Virus record (IMG/VR): IMGVR_UViG_3300044691_000113
Location: 5,300-69,299 of that record
DNA length: 64,000 nt
Direction: 5' to 3' (one strand)
From: a virus
Both the position numbers and the translations under genes were made by a program. This document shows, one piece after another, positions 18,411 through 28,193 of the stretch. Below the pieces are notes generated by a model. It saw only the letters and a list, made by a program, of their open reading frames with translations, was not told the DNA's origin and made no database searches. The number at the start of each line of letters is the position of its first letter. Position 1 is the stretch's first letter.

Positions 18411-21400
18411 TTAGTGTCCGAACTGGGTTTGGTGGCCGAGGAAGTTGATGGTTCCGAACGTCTGAGGATGAGTGAGGGCAGGAGTTGCAAATATCAGTGC
18501 GCCGATGGTGCATGGAGAGGTCTGCGCATTGTTCGCAAAGTCCACCGTCGCGCACGGCGTTGTTCCCGCGCGGACGGCGTTGCTCCCGCTGGTGAGGTTG
18601 AAGTTGAAGTTATCGAGGAACGTCTCGGTAGTGGGGAGTGGAGTCTGCGGAGGCTGGCTCACCAGGGTAGGGGTAGCGCAAAGGTTCCCGTTGGTTCCGC
18701 ACGGAAGTCCCGTACCCGCCTTCTCTCCGATAGAGATGTTGTTGTGGTAGACCGGATTTGCGACCGACCCAGCGTCCGTCCCGAAAACCGCGGGCCCGTT
18801 GGGCTGTCCGTTCATCTGGTAGCCGATGAAGATGTTGTTGGTGTCGTTGATTACCGCGGTGCCGCACCCGCCTGGGGGGTTGGGCGTGTTGTACGCGCTG
18901 CCGCAACTGATGAAGGAGTGATAGCCGCCGTCGCTGTTGCTGATGAACGTGTTGTTGTATCGCGTCCAAACGGCTCCCGACTGCAAGTTTGCGGCAAAGC
19001 CATTTCCTCCAGCACGGCAGAAATCTCCCGCTGTACTAAGGTACGAACCGCCAAGCCCGGTACTCTGGTTGAAGTTCTGCGCCGCCCCAGGTAGAGCCTC
19101 CGACATCCTGTTGCAATTGAGTATGCTTTGATTGTCGTGGAAGTCGAGCGTGCCGTTCACGTCCGAAATGAACTTCCAAGCCGAACCCATATTGCCAACG
19201 ACTTTGGAGTTGGTGATGATGATGTGCGCCGCAATGGGATGCGGGCCAATCGTGGCGTCCTTGGTGTTGTACTCCATGTCTGCGTGGTCCAGGCTGAACG
19301 TGTCGAGAAGGGTGTCCTGACCGCTCAACGCATCACCGAAGCCGCCATTGACGGTAGCCCAACAGGACAGCGCCGAGAACACGGTGTTGACGATGGGATA
19401 CTGCTCGATGCAGCCGTTGCCGATCATGGTCGGATAGCTCGCAATCATGGTCGCCCCCACCCCGTCAGGGGTAGAGCCGCCGTCGTCCATGTTCCATGCT
19501 GCGAAGCCATTGAAGCCTATGAACACTCTCGTGGGCGCGATGCCAGCCCCGAACGGACCCTGCACTCCGGCGTGATCCAGTCCGTGGATGTAGAGATCGG
19601 TCATCACGATATCCGAGGTCTGGTTGTCCTCAAGGATTCCATTCCCGGCGTAGTCGTCCACTGGAATGTTTCTGCTGCAGCCTCTCGGATAGTTTGGTGT
19701 ACCAAAGGTGGAGCAGACCCCGTTGTGTGAAGTTATCTCAAGACAGCTAATGGCGACGTGTTGAGTGCTTGCGATGTTGAAGATGTTGGTCAGACCCATC
19801 CCGCCAAAGATTTGCGTAAGCTGGCCGGCAGTGTAGTTCCGGGGGTTCGTGCTTCCGCCAGTCGCGCACGCGGCAAAGTTCTTGCCTAGGAACTGTGTCC
19901 TTTGCGTGGCAGATCCAGCTGGAATCCACGGATTAGTGCAGCCCTGATTTCCAACCGAATTGCACCAGTTGTTGCTCACGCCGCCGCCGTTGTTGACATC
20001 CCAACCGATGCGGCAGTTTGGGTTGGAAGGATTCGACTGGGTGCCAAGCGCGGTGCAGCCTTTGATGATGACGATATCTCCACCAGCGATGACCCATTGG
20101 CCCTGGCCGATGATTCCGCTGTCGTCGTCCCACAAGTAGCGAATATCGTTGAACGGGCATGGCTGATTGGTTCCGCTGACGTAGTGCGTGGTGGAAAGCC
20201 CGTTGCACTGGCCCGAGGTCATGTTGGACGAAAACCTTGTGCCGCCGCCGTTGGCCGTGGTGTCAACAATCCACGTTCTTTGCGCCTGCTGCGTGTAGGT
20301 GCCGGTCTGTGGTGAACTAGAAACGCCACCGACGCACGTAATGAATTTGACCGGAGTGGTCGCGCTGTTGGGAAGGGTCACCTGCACACCGTTCGCCGCC
20401 GCCGTGCCGTTCGTGGCCGCGCAGCTTCCGTTGGCCGTGGGCGTGGTGCCGTTGGTGGTCCAGATCACGTTGGAGCCGAACGCTCCGTTGATGGTGGCCA
20501 CCAGGGGCGAGTAGGAGTACGCCCCGTTGGTGACGCCAGAAATTACCGGGTAAGGATAGAGCGGCGTTATGGCGAGGTTGATCGTTACTATACCGCTGTT
20601 GGTGAATCCGGTGGCCGTAGATAACAGCTTGATGGTCGCGGACCCGTCGAAATTTATCAGGCCACTAGGCCCGGCATTGAAGGTATAGAGGGTGCCATGC
20701 GTGCAGGTGCCGTCAGGCGTGGCCGGGGTAGTCGGGGTTGATCCATCCGTCGTGTAGCAGATCGCAATTGGGGCCGCCGCCGAGCGGTAGACGGCATTGA
20801 TGTTCGAGGGGATAAAGCGGAGCTTCGTCGCCTGCTGGTATGCGGGATTGAAGCCGATAAAGGGGTAGGTATTAGCACCACCGTCAGAGTTTTGGAACAC
20901 AGCGGTGGATAGGGCCGCAGTGGGGTTCAGGAGGGGCACGGGAGGCGAAACGCCAACTTGGAAGGAGCCGAAACTGTCTGTCGATGTGCTTCTGCGATCC
21001 ACCAGCAATCCGGCGTTGCCTGTGGCGTAGGTAGAGTCAGTGCCGTTGCAGATCGGGACGCCGTTGTCGTAGGCGGTGAGGGTCGTGCCGTTAGCCGCAA
21101 GCATGATGGTGTGACCGGGAGCAACCGAAGGGCAGGAGGCGATAGCGGAGCCCCCAAGGGCCGTCAGTTTGTAAATACCAGTTATTCCCGGCGCGAACAG
21201 ATATCCGTTTCCGGCCGTAGTGCCTCGGACTATTACGCCCGTAGCTGCGCTAAATGGGGCGGTGAGCACTGCCTGAGAGAAGTGATCGTTGCCGGGAGAG
21301 CATGAAGAACCAACCCAAATCGCCATGCCCTCCGTCGAGGCGGTCGTGGGAAAAGTGGTGCTCGAACCTTCTATGAGAGCGGAGGTCGCGCTTACTGTGG

Positions 21401-21542
21401 TCTGCGTCCAATCGACGGGGTTGAGGGCGCCGGAGCCGGGGAAGGTGTAGGTTGCGGGGCACTGAGACCATGCGTATCCGGCAGCAGACCAGAGGGCTAA
21501 CAGAGCAACGACCCGCTTCATCGATAGAATTCTCTTTAGCAT
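18411..21542 (-). CDS. Large secreted-type glycan-binding/beta-helix protein
   Basis: Signal peptide MKRVVALLALWSAAGYAWS-Q; two YTTDGSTPT/WTTNGTTPT (chitobiase C-terminal/Fn3-associated) motifs; Asn-ladder beta-helix-like region; C-terminal NFNLTSGSNAVRAG..DF..IGA motif; many Cys. Confidence 0.7.
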   Translation of the reverse strand: MLKRILSMKRVVALLALWSAAGYAWSQCPATYTFPGSGALNPVDWTQTTVSATSALIEGSSTTFPTTASTEGMAIWVGSSCSPGNDHFSQAVLTAPFSAATGVIVRGTTAGNGYLFAPGITGIYKLTALGGSAIASCPSVAPGHTIMLAANGTTLTAYDNGVPICNGTDSTYATGNAGLLVDRRSTSTDSFGSFQVGVSPPVPLLNPTAALSTAVFQNSDGGANTYPFIGFNPAYQQATKLRFIPSNINAVYRSAAAPIAICYTTDGSTPTTPATPDGTCTHGTLYTFNAGPSGLINFDGSATIKLLSTATGFTNSGIVTINLAITPLYPYPVISGVTNGAYSYSPLVATINGAFGSNVIWTTNGTTPTANGSCAATNGTAAANGVQVTLPNSATTPVKFITCVGGVSSSPQTGTYTQQAQRTWIVDTTANGGGTRFSSNMTSGQCNGLSTTHYVSGTNQPCPFNDIRYLWDDDSGIIGQGQWVIAGGDIVIIKGCTALGTQSNPSNPNCRIGWDVNNGGGVSNNWCNSVGNQGCTNPWIPAGSATQRTQFLGKNFAACATGGSTNPRNYTAGQLTQIFGGMGLTNIFNIASTQHVAISCLEITSHNGVCSTFGTPNYPRGCSRNIPVDDYAGNGILEDNQTSDIVMTDLYIHGLDHAGVQGPFGAGIAPTRVFIGFNGFAAWNMDDGGSTPDGVGATMIASYPTMIGNGCIEQYPIVNTVFSALSCWATVNGGFGDALSGQDTLLDTFSLDHADMEYNTKDATIGPHPIAAHIIITNSKVVGNMGSAWKFISDVNGTLDFHDNQSILNCNRMSEALPGAAQNFNQSTGLGGSYLSTAGDFCRAGGNGFAANLQSGAVWTRYNNTFISNSDGGYHSFISCGSAYNTPNPPGGCGTAVINDTNNIFIGYQMNGQPNGPAVFGTDAGSVANPVYHNNISIGEKAGTGLPCGTNGNLCATPTLVSQPPQTPLPTTETFLDNFNFNLTSGSNAVRAGTTPCATVDFANNAQTSPCTIGALIFATPALTHPQTFGTINFLGHQTQFGH

Positions 21543-21571
21543 CTAAGTCCTTGGTGGTACTATTCTTAGCT

Positions 21572-21679
21572 ATGCGACACTTGACGTTTTTACTATCTGC
21601 CTGCCGAACCTACTGGTCTCTAATCACTGAAAAGACAACGAAAGAAGAGAGGGATGAGTGGCGTCCATTCTCGATGTGA
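21572..21679 (+). CDS. Candidate 35-aa antisense-orientation microprotein
   Basis: TGGTACTAT extended -10 at 21555-21563, ATG 8 nt later; ORF fits the intergenic gap; AT-rich. Confidence 0.35.
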   Translation: MRHLTFLLSACRTYWSLITEKTTKEERDEWRPFSM

Positions 21680-21682
21680 TTC

Positions 21683-22480
21683 CTAGACTCCTGCATTGCA
21701 ATTGCTCCACGCCGCGATAGCGTTCAGCGCTGTGCTGTTCCAGATGCCGTTGAAATATCCGGCGTCGAGGATGTTTCCCTGGAAGGCATCCGCCAGTCCG
21801 TTGGCCACTCCGAAAGTAGTGATGGGCGCACCGAAGGAAATGGCGCCGGCTGTTCCGCTGCCATCAGCAGTCACCACGCCGCCAGCCATCGTATACAAGG
21901 CCCATGCGCCAGTGGTGGCGTTCACGGTCACTGCAACCGTGTACTTGCTACCGCTGGTAAACGTGGCAGACCCGGAACCTATAGAGGAGACGCTTGAGAC
22001 AAGGATCTCCTGGACACCGCCTCCGCTAATTCTCCATTCAAAAGCTGTAGATGGTCCCCCGATGATGCCGCGAAAAGCGCCAGACGGTTGTAGTGTCGCC
22101 CAGAAAGAGGTTGAGGTTACGCTGGTTGGAATTCCACTGCCTAGCTGCAAAGCGTTCGGAGCCCCTGAATAAGTTGCGGCAGTTAGAGTGCCGAAGGAGC
22201 TAGGTGTATAGGTGGGTTCAGCATAAGAACCCGTATTCCCTACGAGGCTCAAGCTTCCAACCGTGTCGGGAATCAAATTGATGGACGCTCCTAAGCTACA
22301 GGCACCTCCTACGCAGGTCACACCAGCGCCGTAGGCAGGCCATTGCGAGGTTTCAAAGGCTGTAGGTGCGGCACAACCGCCGCTCGACGGTCCACCACCA
22401 ACACCTCCTTTGCCGCCGATGCCGCCCTTACCGCCAATCTGAAGCAGCAGGAGAGCCAAAACTATTCCGTGTCGAATCAT
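21683..22480 (-). CDS. LamG/concanavalin-like domain protein with N-terminal hydrophobic signal
   Basis: Start re-called at ATG 22480 (MIRHGIVLALLLLQ); Gly-rich linker; YTVAVTVN..WALY and FQGNILDAGYFN match the LamG-like pattern. Confidence 0.6.
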   Translation of the reverse strand: MIRHGIVLALLLLQIGGKGGIGGKGGVGGGPSSGGCAAPTAFETSQWPAYGAGVTCVGGACSLGASINLIPDTVGSLSLVGNTGSYAEPTYTPSSFGTLTAATYSGAPNALQLGSGIPTSVTSTSFWATLQPSGAFRGIIGGPSTAFEWRISGGGVQEILVSSVSSIGSGSATFTSGSKYTVAVTVNATTGAWALYTMAGGVVTADGSGTAGAISFGAPITTFGVANGLADAFQGNILDAGYFNGIWNSTALNAIAAWSNCNAGV

Positions 22481-22485
22481 CGTCG

Positions 22486-25400
22486 TTATATCCCCGGGCA
22501 GGTATAGGTAATGGTGTAGCCGGTCGAAGCGGTGGGTGCCGTACCGACATTGAGGGTCCACACCGAGGTGGTGTAGCTCCACGAGTAGGGCAGAGCAGTG
22601 AAGGGGCTGGCAGTGAGGACGACGCTTGCCGTGCAGTCCGGCAGATTGGTGTGTGCCGTACCCGCCGTCACGGTGAGCAGTGCGCCCGTCGTGGTCGCCG
22701 TTCCTGCGGTGAGGGTGACGGTCCCGTTCGTGGGCCCGCAGAGATGGCTTGCGGTGCAGGCGATCGTCGGTGACGTTCCAGCAGCAGCGCCCGCCGCGAT
22801 GGTTGCCGCCGTGAAGGAGCCGATTGCATTGCCCTTGAGGGTCGGTGCCTGCTCTGCCCCGGTGTACGTGCCGCCCGTTCCAGTGGCTCCGTTGATGACT
22901 GGCGAGGTCAGCGTCTTGCCGGTGAGCGTCTGGGTCGCCCCGATGCCTGCCAGCGTGTCGCTCGCCCCTGGCAGGGTAAAGGTTGCGTTGGCGGACCCGG
23001 TGAACTGCGTGTTGAAGGCACCGTTGAGGGTGAGGGTTGAGCCAGTGATCAGAGTGAGTGTCGCCGAGGTCGTCGGCGCCGTGATGGTCACCTTGTTGAT
23101 AGAGGTGGCAGTCGCCGCGCCAAGGGTCGGTGTCACCATCGTGCAGCTCGTCACCAGGCAGACGTTGCCGCTTCCGCTCGTCCCCACGATGGTCTCGATG
23201 ATCGCGCTCGAAGAGTTTGTGTAGAACGGGAATCCGGTAGCGGCCGCGCCTGCCAGCGTGACACTGTAGGACGTGACTGCGGCCGGAGCCTGGATGCAGA
23301 TAGTCGTCGTCGTGCAATTGGCATCACCTGTACTTGTCGTTCCCTGTGGCAGGAAGAGAAAGCCTGCTGTGGTGCCGGTGCCGACGAAATACTTGCCTGC
23401 GAAGCCAGCCGTGCCGGTGTAGGTGAAGGCCGTTCCGCTGTCGGTCGCCAGGGAGTTCTTAGGGGCTCCGCCTGCACCGCCGCCGAGCATCACTACGTTA
23501 TTGGTCAGCAGCGCCGAGGTTGCGGCTGCCGAGGTGCTGGAGGCGTAGAAGACACCGCCAGAGGTGAAGCCTGCACTCGCCGGGAACGTGTTGCCGTTGA
23601 CCGAGGTCGCATTGATCGTTCCGCTGCCGGATACGCCAAGGCTGGCACCAGTGCCGACCACCATAGCCGCCGTGGAGTTCGTGCTGCCGGTGAGCGCAGA
23701 GAAGGCAGTTGAGCCGCCTGAGCCGCACGCAGCACCAGCGTCAACCAGGTCGATGCCGTTGGCTGCCAGCTTGACACAATCTGCCGCGGTGCCGGCTGTC
23801 GCAATACCCGGAATCATCAGCGCACCGATGTTGTTCGGGTTCTGCATCCAGCGGTGCAAGGTGGAGTCAGGGTAGAGCGCCGCAGAGGAGGCTACGCCGG
23901 TGATTGCCGTTCCTTCCGGAATCAACCAGCCGTTAGCCGTTCCTGAGCCCGTGTAGGTGAGCTTCGTTCCGTCATCCGTAAGTCCGGAGTTGATGATGGA
24001 ATTCGCACCGTTGGCTTTGGGGATAGTGTTCGTAACCAGCGAGGTCGAGGTCGTGTTGCCGGTGCCAGCAGCAGGACAACCAGACCCACCCGTCTGACAG
24101 AGGCCAGCGAGCGCCACACCGCCTACCGCGCTGGAGTTTGTGGCCAGTGTCGCTGTCGCCGCGTTGCCAGTAGTGCTCTGGTTGAGTGTGGGAAAGTCGG
24201 CAGCTACGGCCGCAGAGAGCGTGCCTGCCGTGTCCTTCAGTATCCCGGTGAGACCTGATGGCCCTTGAGTTGTTCCCAGATTCCCGGAGAGAAGCGAAAA
24301 GCTGTAGTCGCCGCTCACGGGCACAACCGCTCCGGCTCTCGTGTTGAAGCTCGACACACCAGTCCCGGAGCCGCTGAACGTATAGGCGTTGCCTGTATGA
24401 GATACGCCCGGTCCGCTGAAGGTGAAGGCCCCAGTCAGCGTATCAATACTGATTACGCCACCACCACCGCCCCCGCCGCAGCCAGAGCAGCTTGGCACGG
24501 TGATCGGCACGTCGCTAGACCATCCGGAAACTGTCTGAATCACGTGGGAATCGCCCGAGACGCCGTGGATTGTCGTCGTTGTTGCAGAGCTGGTCTGGTC
24601 GATAGTGGAGAATGTCCCGCCAGCACCGCCCACTACGCTATTGGCGTCTGAAGTAGTGATGGTTTGGATGTACCCAGAACCGGTAGTCTGAAGAATTATT
24701 ATGTGGTCTGCGGGTTCCTCGCGTACCGTCAAGGTGTTAGTGCTGTTTCCGGTCACCCTCTCCATTTTGCCGGTGTCCTGGTGGATCGTCTCGGTGTACG
24801 TCCCGTTTTGGGTTGGGACCCGAAAAAGAAGAAAATTGGAGCGTGCATCCGCACAACCAAACGAGCAACCCTGAAATGTGACGAACGCGGTGTCGGGCGT
24901 GGGAATATTCTGGAAAATGGTGAGGAACGGGGCTTCGTTATTGGTCATGTCGAGCATGACGTTCGCAACTGGCTTAGTTCCCCCGTGGCCGAGATAGTTA
25001 TTTGGGGTGTCCTGGAACGCAACGCGATACCACGTCGTTCCTTCGGGGATCTGGCCGCCGAGTTGATCAAAGTGAATAACGTCAGGGGTAGCCGGAGAGA
25101 CCTGTGATTGGAAGTTGATAAGGTTGTGGTCAAGCCCCTGGAAAACTTCGCTATAGACCTGATCTTCTAAGTGGTCTCCGGCAGTTACCTGAAAGTTGGT
25201 ATTCGGCTCGACGGTCAGATTGAAGTTGTTGGCGAAGGTGACGGGGTCTACCGTATTCACGATTTCTACGGCGGGAAACAGTTGAGCTTCGCGAACTGAA
25301 AGTCCATTGAGCTGAGACTGAATCTCGACAGCATTAGTGCAGGTTGTCGTAGCTGCTGGGCCGGCAGTGTTCCATGTGACCGTAGAGCCGTTATCGGAGG

Positions 25401-27831
25401 TAATAGCTGCAAGGATATTGAACGACGTATCTGCACAGCCAGAGACGATGATGAAATCTTTCGACAGGACTAAGAACGGATCAGTCACCGGGGCGCTGAC
25501 GACGTTCGAGCTGTTTCTGGTAAGCGTGACGCCAGCAGGGGCAACTATTCTCGTTGTGGCGTAGCCCGAAAGAGCCTGTAGCCAACGACCCGCACCGATC
25601 CTTGAATACAAGAGGTGCGTGGCGTCCAGTGCCCCAACGATACGGATAATCTGCCGCCCAGGGAACGTTCCAGTGTACTGATTGGCCCTGATGTCAATCG
25701 CGGTGCAGGAGTGCGAACCCTGTACGACATAGGCCTGGGCTTGGTGGTTGTAGCGTAGGGCTACCGTTATGGTCTGAGTCCCGCTAGAAAATCCACCGAC
25801 CGAGACTACCCTTGCACTCTCCATATAATCGCGGTCGGCATAGCAGACGGTGCTGGCCGTGGTGATTGCGGAGGTGAGACCGGTGACCACAACGGTCGCG
25901 TTCGTCGTCGCGCCATAGTACTGGGTAGGAACGGTTACAGGCGAAGCTACCCGTCCGATGTTGTCGGGAGTCAGGGTAAGCGTGTCGATTGTCAGTTGGC
26001 CCGCATCGGCAACCCCCGGATCACCTGAGAAAACTATCTTGAATAGGGCGCTTCCCTTGCTGGCATCGACGAGGGGCGTTCCATCTCCCGGAAAGGGCAC
26101 GTTACTAATCAGCGTCCCTTGTATCAGCGTGGCTCCCGCCGCAAGAGTGGAGTTAGCCGAGATGGTCATCGGGGTAAGGTTCTGGCCGATCTGATTCCTT
26201 ACCGTATTGAAGCCTTCAGCACCGCCGTCCGGGTTTCCCCTGTTGTTGGTGACAACGTTCTGCCAGATGTGGCTGTCGCCAACCCCCATTCCTTGATGCT
26301 GAATGGTGAATTCGTTGACAATGCCGCGCCGCATGAATTCGAAGGCCCACTGAAAGGCTACGTAGCTGTCAGGTCCGCCGCCGTCAAATCCGTTCTTCCC
26401 CGACCCGGTCATTTCAAAATCGCGTAGGTAGGTGAAGACGTTATTTCCCGCACCCGAAGCCTGCGCCTGCTGATTCGATACCCAGCGGTCGTCGCTAACA
26501 ATGCCGCTCGGCGATCCTACATTGGTGTTATAAGCGTAGCTGCCAATACCATTCTGCCGGTAGTCATAGAACTTAGTATTGTTGGCAAATGGTGCTGGGC
26601 AGCCGATGGCATCACGCCAGTTGGGGCCGACGCAGGTACTATTCCCGCTGAGGATGCCTTCAACTTGGGCGTAATCCGGGCCAGCCACAACGATGCTTCC
26701 CGCTACCGCCAAAGCATTCGCTATGCCATCGTTCGAGGTTGGTGTGGTCTGATTGAGGAAGGCATTCTTGAGGCCGTCGTTACTCAGAGATTTGAAGTTG
26801 CCCACGCTGTCGAAGGTGGCGTTAGAGGCTGATCCCGCTCCACCTCCGGCGCTGAAGATTGCCTGGTTGACCGTGCCGGGTATCGTGCTTCCACCTCCGC
26901 CCGGTCCGCATTGCCCGTTGACCTGCAACACGTTGGTTCCAACTGTGCAAGGGGTTCCACTCCATATCGTCCCAGCGAGCGAGACGTAGTCACCCAAGAC
27001 TGCCGCGCGAGAGGTGAGCGGCGTGATGCCGAAGACAGGAGCATTGCTTGGCAGGGTTGCGCCAGCTCCGCATCCGCCCGTCGAGCAGAGCGTAGTCAGT
27101 GGAACAAGACCGATCTGCGTAGGAGGGTTGCCGGGTACGGGTCCAGCCCATACGAAGCCAGGGGTGATGTACGCCTGATTCGCGTCGATGCAGAAGGTTG
27201 TCCCGTTGATCGCGGAGGCTATCGCCTGGTCGTTTCCACGCTGGCAGCTCGGGTTGAGCGAGGGATTCTGTGTCCAGTAGACAGCGGCGTCGCCCTGCAG
27301 CCTCGAGCACACCCATGGGTAAGGATCGGAGGCGAGGGTGTTGTTATACATCGCACTCGGATTGCAGTTGAGCGTGGGGATACCGGCGCCAGAGATGGTG
27401 ATGCCAGCGGGAGCGATGTAGCCGTCGTAGGAGAAGGACGCCGTGGTGATGTTGGTCAGCGGGAAGGTGAAGTAGGTTGTGCCGCCGCCCGTGCTCTGTG
27501 TCTGGATCCGGTAGCGTGTGTTCGCCGGAGCCATCGTCAAAGGGTTGGCGATCGTCGGGGGAAAGCCGCCGATGTTCTGCACTGCTCCCTTGACGACTGG
27601 GAGAGTGAAGGGCGCACTCGTCGGAGATCCACCCTGGGGCGTGTAGGTAACCGGGGTGTTTGACGTGTCGGTGACGGTGAAGATGAGTTGGCCGGTGAGC
27701 GGTTGCCGGTTGTTATCGACGACCTTGTTGCCGCTGACGGGGATGGTCGCCTGCGCATGGAGCGCAGGGGGGATGGCGAGGAGGACGGCCGCGAGCAGTC
27801 CGAAGGTAAGCCAAAAGTTGATCCTGCGCAA
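22486..27831 (-). CDS. Very long fibre/spike-like protein with Sec-type signal peptide
   Basis: TTG 27831 behind GGAGG; RRINFWLTFGLLAAVLLAIPPALHA-Q; G/T/S/A-rich fibre motifs (VSSFNTRAGAV, ADFPTLNQSTTGNAATAT, ATATSINKVTITAP). Confidence 0.7.
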   Translation of the reverse strand: MRRINFWLTFGLLAAVLLAIPPALHAQATIPVSGNKVVDNNRQPLTGQLIFTVTDTSNTPVTYTPQGGSPTSAPFTLPVVKGAVQNIGGFPPTIANPLTMAPANTRYRIQTQSTGGGTTYFTFPLTNITTASFSYDGYIAPAGITISGAGIPTLNCNPSAMYNNTLASDPYPWVCSRLQGDAAVYWTQNPSLNPSCQRGNDQAIASAINGTTFCIDANQAYITPGFVWAGPVPGNPPTQIGLVPLTTLCSTGGCGAGATLPSNAPVFGITPLTSRAAVLGDYVSLAGTIWSGTPCTVGTNVLQVNGQCGPGGGGSTIPGTVNQAIFSAGGGAGSASNATFDSVGNFKSLSNDGLKNAFLNQTTPTSNDGIANALAVAGSIVVAGPDYAQVEGILSGNSTCVGPNWRDAIGCPAPFANNTKFYDYRQNGIGSYAYNTNVGSPSGIVSDDRWVSNQQAQASGAGNNVFTYLRDFEMTGSGKNGFDGGGPDSYVAFQWAFEFMRRGIVNEFTIQHQGMGVGDSHIWQNVVTNNRGNPDGGAEGFNTVRNQIGQNLTPMTISANSTLAAGATLIQGTLISNVPFPGDGTPLVDASKGSALFKIVFSGDPGVADAGQLTIDTLTLTPDNIGRVASPVTVPTQYYGATTNATVVVTGLTSAITTASTVCYADRDYMESARVVSVGGFSSGTQTITVALRYNHQAQAYVVQGSHSCTAIDIRANQYTGTFPGRQIIRIVGALDATHLLYSRIGAGRWLQALSGYATTRIVAPAGVTLTRNSSNVVSAPVTDPFLVLSKDFIIVSGCADTSFNILAAITSDNGSTVTWNTAGPAATTTCTNAVEIQSQLNGLSVREAQLFPAVEIVNTVDPVTFANNFNLTVEPNTNFQVTAGDHLEDQVYSEVFQGLDHNLINFQSQVSPATPDVIHFDQLGGQIPEGTTWYRVAFQDTPNNYLGHGGTKPVANVMLDMTNNEAPFLTIFQNIPTPDTAFVTFQGCSFGCADARSNFLLFRVPTQNGTYTETIHQDTGKMERVTGNSTNTLTVREEPADHIIILQTTGSGYIQTITTSDANSVVGGAGGTFSTIDQTSSATTTTIHGVSGDSHVIQTVSGWSSDVPITVPSCSGCGGGGGGGVISIDTLTGAFTFSGPGVSHTGNAYTFSGSGTGVSSFNTRAGAVVPVSGDYSFSLLSGNLGTTQGPSGLTGILKDTAGTLSAAVAADFPTLNQSTTGNAATATLATNSSAVGGVALAGLCQTGGSGCPAAGTGNTTSTSLVTNTIPKANGANSIINSGLTDDGTKLTYTGSGTANGWLIPEGTAITGVASSAALYPDSTLHRWMQNPNNIGALMIPGIATAGTAADCVKLAANGIDLVDAGAACGSGGSTAFSALTGSTNSTAAMVVGTGASLGVSGSGTINATSVNGNTFPASAGFTSGGVFYASSTSAAATSALLTNNVVMLGGGAGGAPKNSLATDSGTAFTYTGTAGFAGKYFVGTGTTAGFLFLPQGTTSTGDANCTTTTICIQAPAAVTSYSVTLAGAAATGFPFYTNSSSAIIETIVGTSGSGNVCLVTSCTMVTPTLGAATATSINKVTITAPTTSATLTLITGSTLTLNGAFNTQFTGSANATFTLPGASDTLAGIGATQTLTGKTLTSPVINGATGTGGTYTGAEQAPTLKGNAIGSFTAATIAAGAAAGTSPTIACTASHLCGPTNGTVTLTAGTATTTGALLTVTAGTAHTNLPDCTASVVLTASPFTALPYSWSYTTSVWTLNVGTAPTASTGYTITYTCPGI

Positions 27832-27853
27832 AGTACGCCTCCGCTGTAACGCG

Positions 27854-27885
27854 GCGTACCCTACCATTTTTAGGATTCTTGGCTA
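27854..27885 (-). promoter_or_regulatory. Late promoter motif, copy 5
   Basis: Minus strand TAGCCA-N16-TAGGGT with the shared 18-mer. Confidence 0.8.
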
Positions 27886-28193
27886 GTGTCCTCGAGGAGC
27901 TTGTTCATCATCATGTGGCCGAACGCTTTCGTGCTGGCAGCGAGGATGGAGTCGAACTTGCGTCCTTCGTTGATACGTTGCTCCATCATCCTGTGGAGGA
28001 CATGGCGGGCGAGTCCATCGACACCTTCTTTGAAGAGAACCATTCGGCCATTGGCATAGTACAGGCATGGTTGGGACGTATCGTTGTCGTCAGGGAGTCC
28101 GAGCTGCTCGCGGATGCGGACCTTCAGCCGCATCTCGAACATCATCATCAGGTACGGCGGGAGACCCTCAAGGTGCTTGAACTCAGATTGCAA
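27870..28193 (-). CDS. Hypothetical protein
   Basis: TTG start behind GGAGG; 107 aa. Confidence 0.65.
   Translation of the reverse strand: MQSEFKHLEGLPPYLMMMFEMRLKVRIREQLGLPDDNDTSQPCLYYANGRMVLFKEGVDGLARHVLHRMMEQRINEGRKFDSILAASTKAFGHMMMNKLLEDTSQES

Noticed and set aside
7880-23317. Extended N-termini in the ORF track for 7880-9655, 12777-14261 and 21683-23317
   Set aside because: The extensions overlap real genes in another frame and read as Arg/His-rich nonsense; downstream starts with an RBS or stop-start coupling fit better.
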